Source: Malacoraja senta
Taxonomy: Eukaryota
Assembly: GCA_038087875.1 (NCBI GenBank)
Contig: CM075994.1
Coordinates: forward strand, 11,534,001 to 11,598,000
Reading direction: 5' to 3'
Length of the DNA: 64,000 nt
The notes beneath the pieces were generated by a model that saw only the letters and a list, made by a program, of their open reading frames with translations, ran no database searches and had not been told where the DNA came from. Positions within the stretch are counted from its first letter, which is position 1. Each line of letters starts with the position of its first letter. Position numbers and translations under genes: made by a program. Positions 51,170 to 64,000 of this stretch are shown one piece after another.

Positions 51170-53192
51170 TTAAAGAAGGAACTGCAGATGCTGGAAAATC
51201 AAAGGTACACAAAAATGCTGGAGAAACTCAGCGGTTGCAGCAGCATCTATGGAGCGAAGGAAATAGGCAACGTTTCGGGCCGAAACCCTTCTTCAGACTG
51301 ATAGGGGGTGGGGAGAAGAAAGGAAAAAAGGAAAAAGGCGGAGGAGGAGCCGAGGGCTGGGGGATGGGAGCAGACAACCAGAGGGCTGATGAAGGGGAGG
51401 GGACAGCAAGTGCTAGCGGAATTGGAAGAATTCAATGTTCATGCCCCCAGGATGTAGACTGCCCAAGCGGAATATGAGGTGCATTTCCTCCAATTTCCGG
51501 TGTTGCTCGCTGTGGCCATGGAGGAGACCCAGGACAGAGAGGTCAGATACGGAATGGGAGGGGGAGTTGAAGCGCTGAGCCATCGGGAGGTCAGGTTGGT
51601 TATGCGGACCGACCGGAGGTGTTCGGCGAAACGATCGCCAAGGCTCCGCTTGGTCTCACCGATGTAGATCAGCTGACATCTAGAGCATCGGATGCAATAG
51701 ATGAGGTTGGGGGAGATGCAGATGAACCTCTGTCGCACTTGAACGACTGCTCAGGTCCTTAAATGGAGTCGAGGGGGGAGGTGAAGGACAAGTGTTGCAT
51801 CTTTTGCGGTTGCAAGGGAAAGTACCCGGGGAAGGGGTGGTACGGGAGGGAAGAAGAATTGACAAGGGAGTTACGGAGGGAGCGGTCTTTGCGGAAGGCA
51901 GACAATCGGGGGAGATGGGAAGATGTGGCGAGTGGTGGGGTCACGGTGGGGGTGGCGAAACTGACGGAGGATCACTTGTTGTATGTGACGGCTGGTGGGG
52001 TGAAAGGTGAGGACTTGGGGGACTCTGCCCTTGTTGTGAGTGGGGGGATGGGGAGAGAGAGCAGTGTTGCGGGGTATGGCAGAGACCCTGGTGCGAGCCT
52101 CATCTATGGTGGAGGAGGGGAACCCCCGTTCCCTGAAGACTGAGGACATTTCAGATGCCCTGGTGTGGAACGTCTCATCCTGGGAGCAGATGCGGCGTAG
52201 ACGGAGGAATTGGGAGTGGGGGATGGAGTCCTTACAGGAAGCAGGGTGGGAAGAAGTGTGGTCCAGATAGCCATGGGAGTCGGTAGGTTTGTAGTGGATG
52301 TCGGGAAGAAGTCTATCACCTGCGATGGAGATAGTGAGGTCAAGGAATGGTAGGGAAGTGTCGGAAATGGTCCAGGTGTATTTGAGTGCCGGATGGAAGT
52401 TGGTGGTGAAGCGGATGAAGTCAGTCAGTTGTGTGTGGGTGCATGAGGTGGCACCAAACAGTCATCGATGTAGCGGAGGTAGAGGTCGGGGATGGGGCCA
52501 TGGTACGTATTGAACAAGGATTGTTCTACGTACCCGACAAAGAGGCAGGCGTAGCTGGGGCCCATGCATGTGCCCATAGCTACGCCTTGTATTGGAGGAA
52601 ATGGGAGGAGTCAAATGAGAAGTTATTGAGGGTAAGGACCAGCTCCGCCTGGAGGAGGGTGTCAGTGGCCGGGTATAGGTTGCTTCTCTGGTCGAGGAAA
52701 AACCGGAGAGCTTCGAGACCATCCTGGTGGGGGATGGAGGTGTACAGTGACTGGACGTCCATGGTGAAGATGAGGGGGTGAGGGCCTAGAGAGTGGAATG
52801 CGGGGAGACGACGGAGAGTGTCTGAGGTGTCTTGAACATAGGTAGGGAGGGATTTAACCAAGGGGGATAGGATGGAGTCGAGGTAGGTGGAGATGAGTTC
52901 GGTGGGGCACGAACAGGCAGAGACAATGGGTCTACGGGACAGTCAGTTTTGTGGATTTTGGGGAGAAGGTAAAATCGGGCCGTGCGGGGCTGGGGAACGA
53001 TGAGGTTGGAGGCTCGGTCGGGCAGGGCGTGGGAGTGGATGAAGTCGGTGATGGTGCTGGAGATGGTGGCCTGGTGCTCGTCAGTGGGATCATGGTCCAG
53101 GGGGAAGTAGGAGGAGTTGTCCGAGAGCTGGCGCGTGGCCTCAGCTTTGTAGAGATCGACGCGCCAGACTACCACGGCGCCTCCCTTGTCGG
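51170..53192 (-). mobile_element. Penelope-like retroelement (RT plus GIY-YIG), frameshifted, truncated by the gap
   Basis: RFYLLPKIHK, FTMDVQSLYTSIPH, LTLNNFSF, NLIYCIRCSRCQLIYIGETKRSLGDRFAEH; terminal repeat with a hammerhead-like core. Confidence 0.93.
51266..51300 (-). ncRNA. Hammerhead-ribozyme-like motif in the Penelope terminal repeat
   Basis: CUGAAGA-A-GGGU(UUCG)GCCC-GAAA-CGUU on -; stem I partner not evident. Confidence 0.5.
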
Positions 53193-53392
53193 NNNNNNNN
53201 NNNNNNNNNNNNNNNNNNNNNNNNNNNNNNNNNNNNNNNNNNNNNNNNNNNNNNNNNNNNNNNNNNNNNNNNNNNNNNNNNNNNNNNNNNNNNNNNNNNN
53301 NNNNNNNNNNNNNNNNNNNNNNNNNNNNNNNNNNNNNNNNNNNNNNNNNNNNNNNNNNNNNNNNNNNNNNNNNNNNNNNNNNNNNNNNNNNN
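53193..53392. other. Assembly gap (200 N)
   Basis: Run of n. Confidence 1.
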
Positions 53393-54869
53393 CAGATTTC
53401 ATCAGTTGATTATCGGTAAAATGTAGAGCAACAAAGCAAGCAAAATTTACCGTCCACAATAGAAGAAAACAACCAGATATCCCGAGTAGTAAAATGATCG
53501 ATTTCCATCGGTTCTCAATTTCTCGATCCATCCGGCACTTCTCACTTTCGTTTCCCCGTAGTTTGTTTCTGTTCTGTTCGACCGTATAATATGACTTATT
53601 ATTAGGCGTTGAACAGGAAGATCAACACAACTGGTAGAAATGGTGTTAAGATGGTCTCTAACTATAAGAATGCAGCCCAGATAGGTAAATTATAGAAGCT
53701 TGATTTTGCAGTGCAGTATCAGGGCACATTTGTCAATTACTTCACGTGGTTCAAATAAGAAGAAAACCGGCATATTTTCAACAATGCATAATAAACAAAC
53801 GATCGTTATAACCGTTGTTGAATTTTTATCAGTGCAGTACTTAGTTTTTAACGACTGACAACAAATAGAAACAAATCGATCAAAGGTAAACGACACAATC
53901 GGAACAATCAATAACAATATAAATCAAGGTCATATGAGACGGCAGATTGGAGTGTAATCTAGGACTGGACGTGGAAAAACGCATCATTAATGTCAAAAAG
54001 TATTGGACCAAATATCAGATGCGATAGGTTAGCTGCCGCCATCCATACTAGATATCGGGTGATGCATATGGAGAGCCCACACTTTCCGGTGGACAGGATG
54101 GAGATTGTCAATATATTAGCTGCAAAGAATAAAGGGAATTGCATTAAAACGTATCTTGTAAATTGTCTTTCTTCCACATGTTGCATTATTTCCATTGCTC
54201 ATTTATCCACAGTTTTTTAATTCAATCTATGGAATGAATAATAATAAGGATACGGTTTCTAACGTGCCTATTATCCATAATTTATGCACGAAATGGGGCA
54301 TACACGAAATGCACGAAAAGGGGACTATTACAGTAACCAACGCTATTACGGATTTTTGGTTATCTTTCAAATTTCCTCTGGAGCAACAATAACTGTGCTG
54401 GCGTGATTCAACTGTGAGAATGATTAGATTGATAAGGACAGTGGTCGGTACGCATTAAGAATTTTTATCACAGGTCACGTTGTGATATATCAGCAGATTA
54501 ATTTCAGACGTTAAAGCAGCGGGTTTCAGAAAATATTATACTATCGTTTATATTTATTACCAGTTTATTTTTATGCTTAAACTATCCTGGTATGTTCTCA
54601 CTTTGTTATAATACAGTAACAACTACCAGGTATGTTTTCTTAACAGAAACCAAACAATTGCTGTACAACAAATCGTTATGGAGGCCTTTGAAAAATTATG
54701 CAAGTATAATCGAGAAATAAGTGTGGAAAATGTGCCCAGTGAATGTAAGGTTACATGGTTATCACAACATTGATGTCCGCCGTCGCTGATATTACCAGAT
54801 AACGGTGGCCGTATTTGAAAAAACCCTTAAATTTCGCCATGGAGAAATTTATTTAATTATCTTTTTGTA

Positions 54870-56815
54870 AAAATATTTTATTTATTAGAAGTAATGTACA
54901 TTACAGTGATATAAGCCAAAAATAACACAATACATCCTGTACCACTTCTTGTTTTAAACTTTAAAAGGAAGAAAAATAGAGAGTTAGATAAGATAGTAAG
55001 TGCGTGAAAGAGTGATCAGGAGAAACCCGTGGAAACGTAAAACACGAGAAAGAGTTAAAAAGAAAACCAAAGAAAAAGAAAGAGAGAAATAGAGAACAGA
55101 AGATATAAGAAAGTAAAATAAGATAAAAGGATGTACCTACTTCGTATCCTTTACACACCCCTCACCAGGTCCTGAAACCATTTATTTTCAAAGTTATGTT
55201 GCACCCTATGCTTGTAATAAGTCGATAAATGGAGACCAAATCTTTTGGAAATGGTCTGATTTGCCTGCTAGGAGGAATCTCATGTCTTCCAGGTGTAATA
55301 TTTCGGACATATTTGAAATCCACATTTTTATCGTTGGTGTGGGAGCGTTTTTCCAGAATTTAAGTATGCCTTTTTGCCATTATTAAGCCGTAATTAAGGA
55401 AGCTATTTTGGAACGAAGTCAGCTCAAAACTGGCTTCCATTGTTCCAAAAATAAAAATTCTGCTTCGGGTTCAGTTTTATTTAAATAATTTTGTAAAAAT
55501 TCAAAAATTCAATTACAAAATGTTTGGATTTTTATACAAAAAACAAAGGAATGTGCTATAGTTACTTCTTGGGATAGACATTTATCACAGATGGGGGAGA
55601 CATTTGGAATTTTTTTAACTTATTTTAGTTTTTGAGTAATATAGTCTATGTGAAGTTTTAAATAGGATTAGAATATGTCTTACATTGATCGAGCATTGTG
55701 CACATATAGCAAGTGTGTATCCCAACTCTCTTTCGAGATTTTTTATTGCTAGTTCTTGTTCCCAATCTCTTCTAATTCTATCGGATGATGGTATTTCTAT
55801 ATTTCGGATGATCTTATACAAGTAAAAGTAAAGTAAAGTAAGTTTATTATATAGCGCCTTTCAATCAGATTACTGAAACCAAAGCGCTTTACAGACAATT
55901 AACCATATAAATAAAAAATAAAAAGGTAGAATAAAAAGACACGACACACTATTTAGAGATTCAACATGAACATCCCCCCACAGCAGAGTCGACACTCTCC
56001 ACCGTGAGGGAAAGGCACCAAAGTGTCCAGTCCTCCTCCTAGTCCACCCGAGATCGGGGCCAGTCTGAGGGCTCCGCAGCCAGTCGCCGCAACGGCAGCC
56101 CGATGTTGTAGACTCACCCGCCGGGAAGCTGGAACACCGCATCGGGTGGAAAGTCCTCAACGGCTTGGAAGTGTCTGGAGCGGCCGCTCCTTCCCCGGAG
56201 ACTGCGACGCCCGCGGACTTCAGGCCGCGGCGGTTGGAGCTTCGACTCCGCGGTGTTTTTGATCCAGGCGCCGCCCGCCCGTGGCGGGATGCCCTCAACC
56301 GCAGACCGCAGACCACGGCTGCTCGATGTTGGTGGTCGGCGGTCACAGCACTCCGGAGCGGCGACCCGACAAGGCATCGCCCGCTCCCCGTTGGTGTTCC
56401 AGCGCTGTGCCGCCGAAGCTGTGGTCCCCGGCAGGAACGCCGCTCCAGCCCGATGGAAGGCCGCATGGGGAGACCGGAGACGCGATTCGGAGGAAAACCG
56501 CATCTCCGACCAGGTAGGACTGGGGTTAAAACAGTTCCCCCCCACCCACATAGAAAGAATAGACTCCAAATAATAAAAAATAAAAAATATTCAAACAATA
56601 AAAGAGTTAGACGACGGACTGCAGGCAGGCTGCCATACAAACGGCGCCCACTCCTGCACATCCGCCACCAAGTATGATATTAAATTAGTTGATTCCGCCT
56701 TTATGTTCATTGCTTCGTATAATAGGTCTGGGAGACAAATTTTGATATTCTTGTGTATATTTTACAAATAGTCACGGATTTGAAAATATTTAAAATATTG
56801 ATTAATATTGATCAC
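54870..56815 (-). mobile_element. L1-clade 3' fragment (related to 3801-5621) split by a GC-rich element
   Basis: EAMNIKAESTNLISY|LYKIIRNIEIPSSDRIRRDWEQEL...HRLYYSKTK; T-rich UTR. Confidence 0.85.
55825..56668 (-). mobile_element. GC-rich non-autonomous retroelement, L2-type tail
   Basis: TSD caagta (55819-55824, 56669-56674); tail tgtaaagcgctttg...ggcgctatataataaa(ctta/cttta)n on -. Confidence 0.75.
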
Positions 56816-57257
56816 TCCTTTTATTTGATAGTGATAAAATGACAGTTGTGATTTTGACACCAACAATAGTTTGTTGTATTTTTTTATCCCGCATTCGATT
56901 CCCCAATATTCAAAAACCTTTGCATTTCTGGCAGTAATATTTGCAGAGCTGTGTCAAACAGTAATATTACATTATATTTTATATCTATGTGTCGTCAACC
57001 TGGAACTACAAATCAGTGCCAAAATATAGCTTCCGCATTCAGGCAATTAAGCTGAATGGATAGCATTTGAAATAAACGCTTGACGAAATTAATCGCATCC
57101 AGTAAATCTCCCATTTAACGTCGACACTGCTCATTAGGGAATAACGTCCATCTCGTTTTGAGCGCAGCAAAATACACTTTTATGACACAAAACAAATAGC
57201 TGTATGTGGGGCTATTCCCTACCTTCGTTGACTTTATCGACATGATAAACTTTATCG

Positions 57258-58160
57258 GTGGGGGCGCTGCAAGCCGGCAACCCTGTCGGCAGCGTGTTAG
57301 TCTTTTCAACTTTTCTTTCTTTTTTAGTGTGTTTTAATGTATGTTTTTAATGTTTCTTTGTGTGTCTTGTGTGGGGGGTGGTTTGGGGGGGGGGGGTAAG
57401 GGGGAAACCGTTTCGGTCGCCTCCTCCACGGAGAGGCGACTTTTTCCAGGTCACCTCCCCCGTGGCCTAACATCGAGGATTGGGCGGCCTTTCCCGGAGA
57501 CGCGCCCGGGGCTTCAGCGGCGGGCACAGCGCGGTCTCTGGGCGTGGAGCGGGCGAGCCCTCGCCGGGGCTCGCCGGAGGTGAGCGCTCCGTTTCGCTGG
57601 CGCGCGGCAGCCGGCAGCCTGAAGTCGCGGTCTGCGGAGCTCCAGCTGGCGGCGTCCGGAGCCTGGGATCCCTCGTGGGGACCCGGGAGGAGAAGAAGCT
57701 CTGACCGTCGGCCCGCGGCCTACATCTACCGCGGGCCCGGCGTGGATTTAGCATCACCCCTGGAGGTGAGCTCCGACCGCCGGCCCTGCTGTCTGCGGTG
57801 CTTCTGGCTGCGGCGCGGCGGGGACTTTAAATCTTCGACCGCCGGCCTGCGGCCTACACCAACCTGAAACCGCGGTCTCCGGTGGGGAAGAGCTGACTCT
57901 GGACTTACCTGGACTTTTACCTGTCTGTACATCTGCGGCGGCTGCGGAAGGTTGAGGTCACGACCACGGGGGGAAATGGAGGAGGACTGGCCAATTTTTG
58001 TGCTCCCACCACAGTGATGAATGCTGTGGTGGATGTTTATGTTCACTTTTTAGTGTGTTTTGGGTGTTCTTTATCATTGTACCGCTGCTGGCAAATTCAT
58101 TTCACTTGCTCTTTATGTGCAATGTTGAGGAATAAAACCGTATTGTATTGTATTGTATTG
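57258..58160 (+). mobile_element. GC-rich non-autonomous retroelement, Rex1-like tail
   Basis: Head gggggcgctgc, T-rich tract, G run, hairpin; tail atttcac...aataaa(ttgta)n. Confidence 0.7.
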
Positions 58161-58519
58161 ATACAATAGCATATCGTATTTAAGCAAAATCTTACTCGGC
58201 CTTAGAGTTTTAAAGGTCGTCCAGAAGATCAGTGAATATAATATTGTGCTGTTGCCGAAATGCAGTGGCTTCGTCCAGCAATTGAAAATGAAAGGAAGAC
58301 CACTGAAGATTTTCTGCCCCAGGTACCAAAGTTAAAAGCGGACAATGGAAGCATATGGAAAAAGAATCTTGGTATATTTTTCGCCAGGAGACTGAAATTA
58401 TATTTGCTTGTGCATGAAATTAAAATACATTCCTATAAAATAGCAGAGTTTCTAATTTCAATCGAGCAGTTTAGGTTGTGGCGACGCAGCGGATCAACAC
58501 CACATTAGGGAGCTGACTG

Positions 58520-59870
58520 TCGTTCTAGCTCTGGCCTTGAGCACATGCACATTTTGGATGTTCTCCTACGACCACACCAAGTCCACGTCCGCTACCATCG
58601 CCCTGACACTGCACTTATGTGAAGAAACACCTGGGAAGGAAGGACGCCTACGTCAGATTCCTCGACTATAGCTCTGTTATCAATACTATTACCCCCAACC
58701 AAAGCTTACCTCCAAACTCGTGGAAGTTGGAGTCACCACGCCCCTCCACAAATGGAACCTCAACTTCAGAACCTACAGAGCAAATGTAAGGAGACTACGT
58801 GACAAATCGTCATCCAATATAATTCTCAATATTTGTGCCCCACCACGATTCGTTCTCACCCTTCTTCTATGCTCCTTATTTACTCACGGCTGTGGAGCCA
58901 AATACCAACCCATATCAATCTACATGTTTGCATATGATACTACACTAGTTGGTTGGCTATCGAATAGTGACGAGACGAAATACAGATAGGAGATTGAGAA
59001 TCTTGTAATTTGGTGTCAAGACAACATCTCTCCAATGTCAGGAAGACAAAGTAGATCGTGAATAATTTTAGGAAGAAAAGCGGTCCACACATCCCAGTCC
59101 ACGTTGATGTAGCCGACGTATAGGCTGTCAAAACCTTCAAGTACCTAAGAATAAATGTCACCGGCGATTTGCCCTCCCGCATCGAAACAATGGCTTGGAA
59201 AGCACATCAACGCACAACCTCCTTAGAACTATAAGCAATTTCGGTTTGGCCTCCAACAACTCTCAACAACGACTACACATGCGCCGTGGAAAGCAACGTA
59301 TCGGGATGCAACGCAGCCTGGTTTGGGAACAGTTCAATTCACATCGCAAGAAATTGCAGAGCGTTGCGGACGTAGCTCAGACCATGTCAACAACCAGCCA
59401 GCCTCCCATCGATTACATCTGCACTTCACACAACCTCAGCAAGGAAGCCAACAGAATGAACGACCAGTCTCCCCAGGTCACTCTATCTCTTTCTTTCTGT
59501 GCAATCTAGCAGAAGATAGAGAAGTTTGAAAACGCATACGTCCAGATTCAGTAACAGTTTATTTCCAGCTGTTATCAGGCAACAGAGCGATTGTCTCATC
59601 AGGTAGACAGCGGTGCTGAACATCCAGTACCTCAATACAGACCTTTGAACTTCCTTTCATCGGTGTTTATGTAATAGATACAACGTTATATATTTGCACC
59701 AGCTGTTATACACCTCATTCTTTGTCTTCTGCACAACTGTGGGCGGCTTGATTGAATGATTGATGTTTAGTATTGATCTGGACTGGATAGCACGGAGACA
59801 AAAACTTTTGATTGCATCGCGGTACACGTGACAACAATAAACTAAACGAAACTTGACTAAACTAAACGAA
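58520..59870 (+). mobile_element. Old Rex1/Babar-like LINE fragment
   Basis: Degenerate LLCSLFTHGC...MFAYDTTLVGWLSNSDETKYR; tail gtgacaacaataaactaaac. Confidence 0.65.
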
Positions 59871-62395
59871 TGCATCTCCTTTCCAATTAAGTTTCCGGCA
59901 ACGAACAAGGGTGATGTCCACCAATAATTAGAAAGTCGCGGAAAGAGACCATTTCTGGTCGCGGAAAGATCCCATTTACCTCTGCTGTTTGGACATGCAT
60001 GCAATATACAGTTCAAAACCACAATTTTGGAGCACTCTACACGAATTAAATTCAGCAAATGTAGCTGGATTGCTCAACCAAAGGCAAAGCGGACGCGATG
60101 CAACATTCGAATCAATTGGACTGGTCCCGAGAAATAGTCAGATTCGGTGAATGATTGTTTCGATGTATCAGTACTGTATTTATACATCCAGGTATCTATG
60201 TCGCTGTCAAGCAGGTTAAGGCGTACATAGAAAAAGATTACGGAAAGTATGGGATAGCAGATGCGATCTACCAGTAATTTTACGGGCAGTCCCATAATCG
60301 TTGAATGTGATGTTTCCAGTTAGTTGAAAAGGCTTGCGAATCTCCTGCTTTCATGTTTAGTGTCTCATTTATATCTCAGGTAAACCTCGAGGGTATAATG
60401 AGCCTTGCAATTATTGGCAATGATGATGACACGTGTGATACGGTATGTCATTAATATTTTCGTACGCATGCTCAATAAAAATAATGCGAGGCTTTACTAT
60501 ATTATTAATGGGAGTATAAGCGAGTTCTGTATTCCGACTGCTCATGCCCAGGTCATAGGTGACGAGATGAACACTGAAAGGTGCGGATCTGCTGTGTGTT
60601 ATCTTTGGTTATCAGAATTTCCTTTCAGTGAGTGCTTTATGCTTCTGCTGCTTCCTGGCGTCGGGGTCCTTGGTCGAGGTTCATGGTCGGGGTCGGTCGC
60701 CGACGCGGGTCTACTGCGCCGCGGGCGCCGCTGTGCCGCCGCTGGGCCGTCCCCCGCCTTCCAACACCCCCCACCCCCCGTGTCCCGTCCCCGTCCGGTG
60801 ACAGCCGGAGGTGTACGGCCGGGTTCGCTGCCGGCGCTGGGGCGGGGGGGGGGGGGGGGGGGGGGGCTCGGCGGTCCAGCGGCGGCTCGGCAGCGCCCAA
60901 TGCGCCGGGGACACGGGATCGACCCTGGCTGCGGATGAGGCGCGGGTCTGTGCGCGCCCTCCCCTGTCTCCCAATGGCATCTGCCCCCCTCTCTCTCGCT
61001 GTTACACCCGCTCTCCCGCTACTTGCCACCCCCTGTTCCTCAGACTAATATATTTTTACACATAAATCATGTATAAGATAAGAATTTATATTCAGTTTTC
61101 CCTTTTTCTTTTTTTGCCATTGATCTTTGAGAATTCCCATGATTCTTTGCGTTTTTCGAAATACCGAACTCGCTGATGGCATTAATTTCGATGTGCGTGT
61201 GGTTACATGCCGGGAATGGAGAAATAGTTGGCAGATGTGATTTCTTAATTTTGTCACCTTCGGCACTAACATTGAGAGCCTGTGTTGGGTTGTTTCATGA
61301 TCTACGATCAAAAGACATTGAGGCCATTGGACGTGGTCTCTGAAACTGCAAAGCTAGAATGCTGTAAAACTCTATTTTCTTGTCTGCTATTTCTGTCTTT
61401 GCACTTCTATGATCTTCTGTTGTACGTTGATACTGCTTAATTGTATCATGTAAGGTGTTATTTGAGTGGAATGCACACAAATAACACTTCACACTGGTAA
61501 AGATGACATTACCAAACAAAGCAAATCAAATGAAATCATTTCACACATGGAGGAAATAAAATACACTTGCTAAAAGTGTTCCATATGATTTGCGTGGAAT
61601 AGCGAAGCAAAACGCACACAATGATTTATACCAATTACACTTCTGAGCATGTGAATCAAATTGGAGTTGACCATTTTATATCAAAATAAATAAAATATAT
61701 ATTGTTGGACAACATGCAGAAAGGCTGGCAGTCTGTCAATAAATGTCAGTTGGGTTGAATCAATAGGTCGCATGACGGGTTGGATTCAGCGACTAAGCGT
61801 GTTCGTCTTTTAATACAAACCTGAAACGCCTTGACAATGCCATGTTTTCCCCTTGAGTCTCAGATAGAAGTTATAGGTAGCCCAAACGACGCAAATGTAG
61901 GCACCTGCTCCCGTTATCCCGCATATCCCTAGCTAATGTTTAATCATCCAAGATAGGATTGAAAAACTGAGAGGAAGAACGATGCTTCAAATGGAAATTA
62001 GTGCCGCTGTGTTTTTCTTGCACAAATAAAAGGCTCATCCCAATTCAACGAAACCTGTCACGCAACCTGGGGTGTCTCCATTTATTGCAGCAGCAGGGTG
62101 GAATCTTCGGGCAAGGATAAAGGCGACGATGCCTGTGTTTTGGCCAATGTTTCGTCGTATATACCAACGTAATTAACTTAGAATATCTTGTCCACAATTT
62201 ATGAACCAGCACAACCCACCGCCAACATGGCATTGGGCGTATTATACACGCTGTTCAATTATTTTCAGACTACCAATACAGAAGTCCTGATCAACATCAC
62301 CGTTGACTTCGATCACTTCCGAAGGAAGCAAAGGATGATGGTGGATGGTAGACAAAAGTGCTGGAGAAACTCAGCGGGTGCGGCAGCATCTATGG

Positions 62396-62969
62396 GCGGC
62401 GGCACAGCGCTCGAACACCGTCACGGAGCGGGCGATGCCTCACCGGGTCGCCGTGCGTTGGCTCCGGAGTGCTGTGACCGCCGACTCCAACATCGAGGAG
62501 CTGTGGCTGCGAGCGTCCAGCCGCGGGCCGGCGCTGGATTTAAAACACCGCGGAGCCTGGGATCCGAGATCGCCAGATTCGGAGCTCCAACCAGCGCGGC
62601 CTGAGGACTTCGGGAGCCGCGGTCTCCGGGGTGGAATCGGCCGCTCCAGAGATTCCAAGCCGCTGAGGAGTGTTCACCCGACGCCGGAGTTCCATCTTCC
62701 CAGCAAGAGGGCCTGAAGCATCAGGCTGCCGGAGCGGCGACCACGGAGCCACAATTGGCCCGACTATGGGTGAACAGGGGACGGGACTGGACTTTGCTGC
62801 CTCCCCCCACTGTGGGAACCATTGTGGGGGGGGCTGTTTTTATGTTTATTGTTAAATTCTTTAAGGTTGTGTCTTAACTTTATTCGTGTGCTGAAATGGC
62901 AAGTCAAATTTCACTACACCAATGGTATATGTGATAATAAAATGTCCTTTGTATCCTTTGTATCCTTTG
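62396..62969 (+). mobile_element. GC-rich non-autonomous retroelement, 5'-truncated, inserted in a Penelope terminal repeat
   Basis: TSD tatgg; body homologous to the reverse complement of 56120-56420; tail aaatttcactacacc...gtgataataaa(tcctttgta)n. Confidence 0.75.
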
Positions 62970-63354
62970 TATGGAGCGAAGGAAATAGGCAACGCTTCGG
63001 GCCGAAACCCCTTCTTCAGCCGACTGGAGGCCTGTCACCAGTGGTGTGCTCAGCGATTGGTACTGAGCCCATTGCAGTTTGACATTTAATTCAATGACGA
63101 ATAAGAACGTGCATGGCATGATTAGCAAATCTGCAGATGACACAAAAGTGGGGCCATTGTAGTTAGTGCAGATGATTGTCAGAAATATCAGCAGCATCTT
63201 GATCGGTTGGACAGGTGGGCTGAGGGGATCGTTAATGGGATTTAATGCAGATAAATGTGCGGTTGAATTTTGGGAAGTTTAACACGAATAATATGGCTCT
63301 GGGGAATGTTGTGGAGCCGACGGAACTGGGAGTGAAGGTTCACAGTTAACCACC

Positions 63355-63908
63355 GGGTGGCGCCGCCGCAGTGGCTGCCTCGCCAACAGTCTGTTTGTCC
63401 CCTCTCTGTTTTTATTATTTTAAGTATGTTTTAAAAGTATGTTTTAATGTTTCTTGGTCTGTTTATGTGGGGGTTGGGGGGGGGGGGGATTGGCGGAAAC
63501 TTTTTGTAACTCACTTACCTCGATGGAGATTCGATTTTCGCCGCATCGAATCTCCGTCCCCGTGTGGCAAACAACATGGTGGTGCGGCTTTCCTGAAGAC
63601 CGGCCCGGAGATTCGATCATCCCGACGCGAATGCTTGGACATCGGACCGTCGGCAGCGGCGACTGCGGAGATTTCAAAAGCCCGACCACGGGTGCACAAA
63701 GGAGGAAGATGATTGAAATGTATTAACTTCCATCACAGTGAGAATGTGGAATTGACAGTGGTGGATATTTATGTTAAATAATTTTAATTTATGTGGCTGT
63801 GTGTATTGTTGTTTTTTCACTTAGTATGGCTGTTTGGTAACTCAAATTTCACGGTATCTTAATTGGTACGTGTCAATTAAATTGAATCTTGAATCTTGAA
63901 TCTTGAAT
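63355..63908 (+). mobile_element. GC-rich non-autonomous retroelement, Rex1-like tail, inserted in a CR1-like fragment
   Basis: Head hairpin ggcgccgc-cgca-gtggctgcc, internal hairpin 63525-63555, tail aaatttcacggta...(ttgaatc)n. Confidence 0.72.
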
Positions 63909-64000
63909 ATTGATAGTTCCCTGAAAGCGGTGTTACAGGTAGATAGGGTGGTCAAAACGAGTTCAGCAAATTGTCCTTCGTTATTCAGAATATTGAATAT

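Larger units (their letters stand above)
53393..60295 (-). pseudogene. GPR139-like GPCR pseudogene: exon 1 60227-60295, exon 2 from 54119 into the gap
   Basis: Exon 1 MGLPVKLLVDRICYPILSVIFFY parallels exon 1 of the intact gene, but its GT falls in phase 0. Exon 2 ANILTISILSTGKCGL has 1-nt and ~8-nt deletions and a stop. TATAAA on - at 60368-60373. Confidence 0.82.

Noticed and set aside
60630..61050. GC-rich ORFs near the GPCR promoter
   Set aside because: Low-complexity G/C-run insert, probably repeat-derived, with no domain signature.
63355..63400. HDV-like ribozyme at the element head
   Set aside because: Only a simple hairpin forms; no P1/P2 nested pseudoknot could be built.

Overview
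Eukaryotic, repeat-dense vertebrate DNA. The repeat families (CR1/HER1-like LINEs, HE1-like V-SINEs, Rex1-like, L2, L1-like, Penelope, Tc1) and gene types suggest a cartilaginous fish, probably a skate or ray (inference). Genes: one apparently intact two-exon GPR139-like class A GPCR (+, 12043-15972); two pseudogenised paralogues (-, about 27.3-28.2 kb and 53.4-60.3 kb); a disabled RING-Bbox-coiled-coil TRIM gene with no PRY/SPRY exon (-, 31161-33689); a CD2/SLAM-like V+C2 Ig gene with a mutated splice donor (+, 35521-37883); and two decayed copies of the last three WDR46 (BING4) exons in a ~9.4 kb palindrome (38574-48010). Notable structures: a phase-compatible TRIM-to-GPCR fusion arrangement, a 5'-inverted (twin-primed) L1, a non-autonomous Helitron filled with satellite DNA, a GC-rich non-autonomous retroelement family with a covarying hairpin and exchanged LINE tails, and Penelope-linked hammerhead-like motifs. 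There is a 200-N assembly gap at 53193-53392. All calls come from manual reading and recalled family motifs, without database searches; repeat boundaries are approximate.
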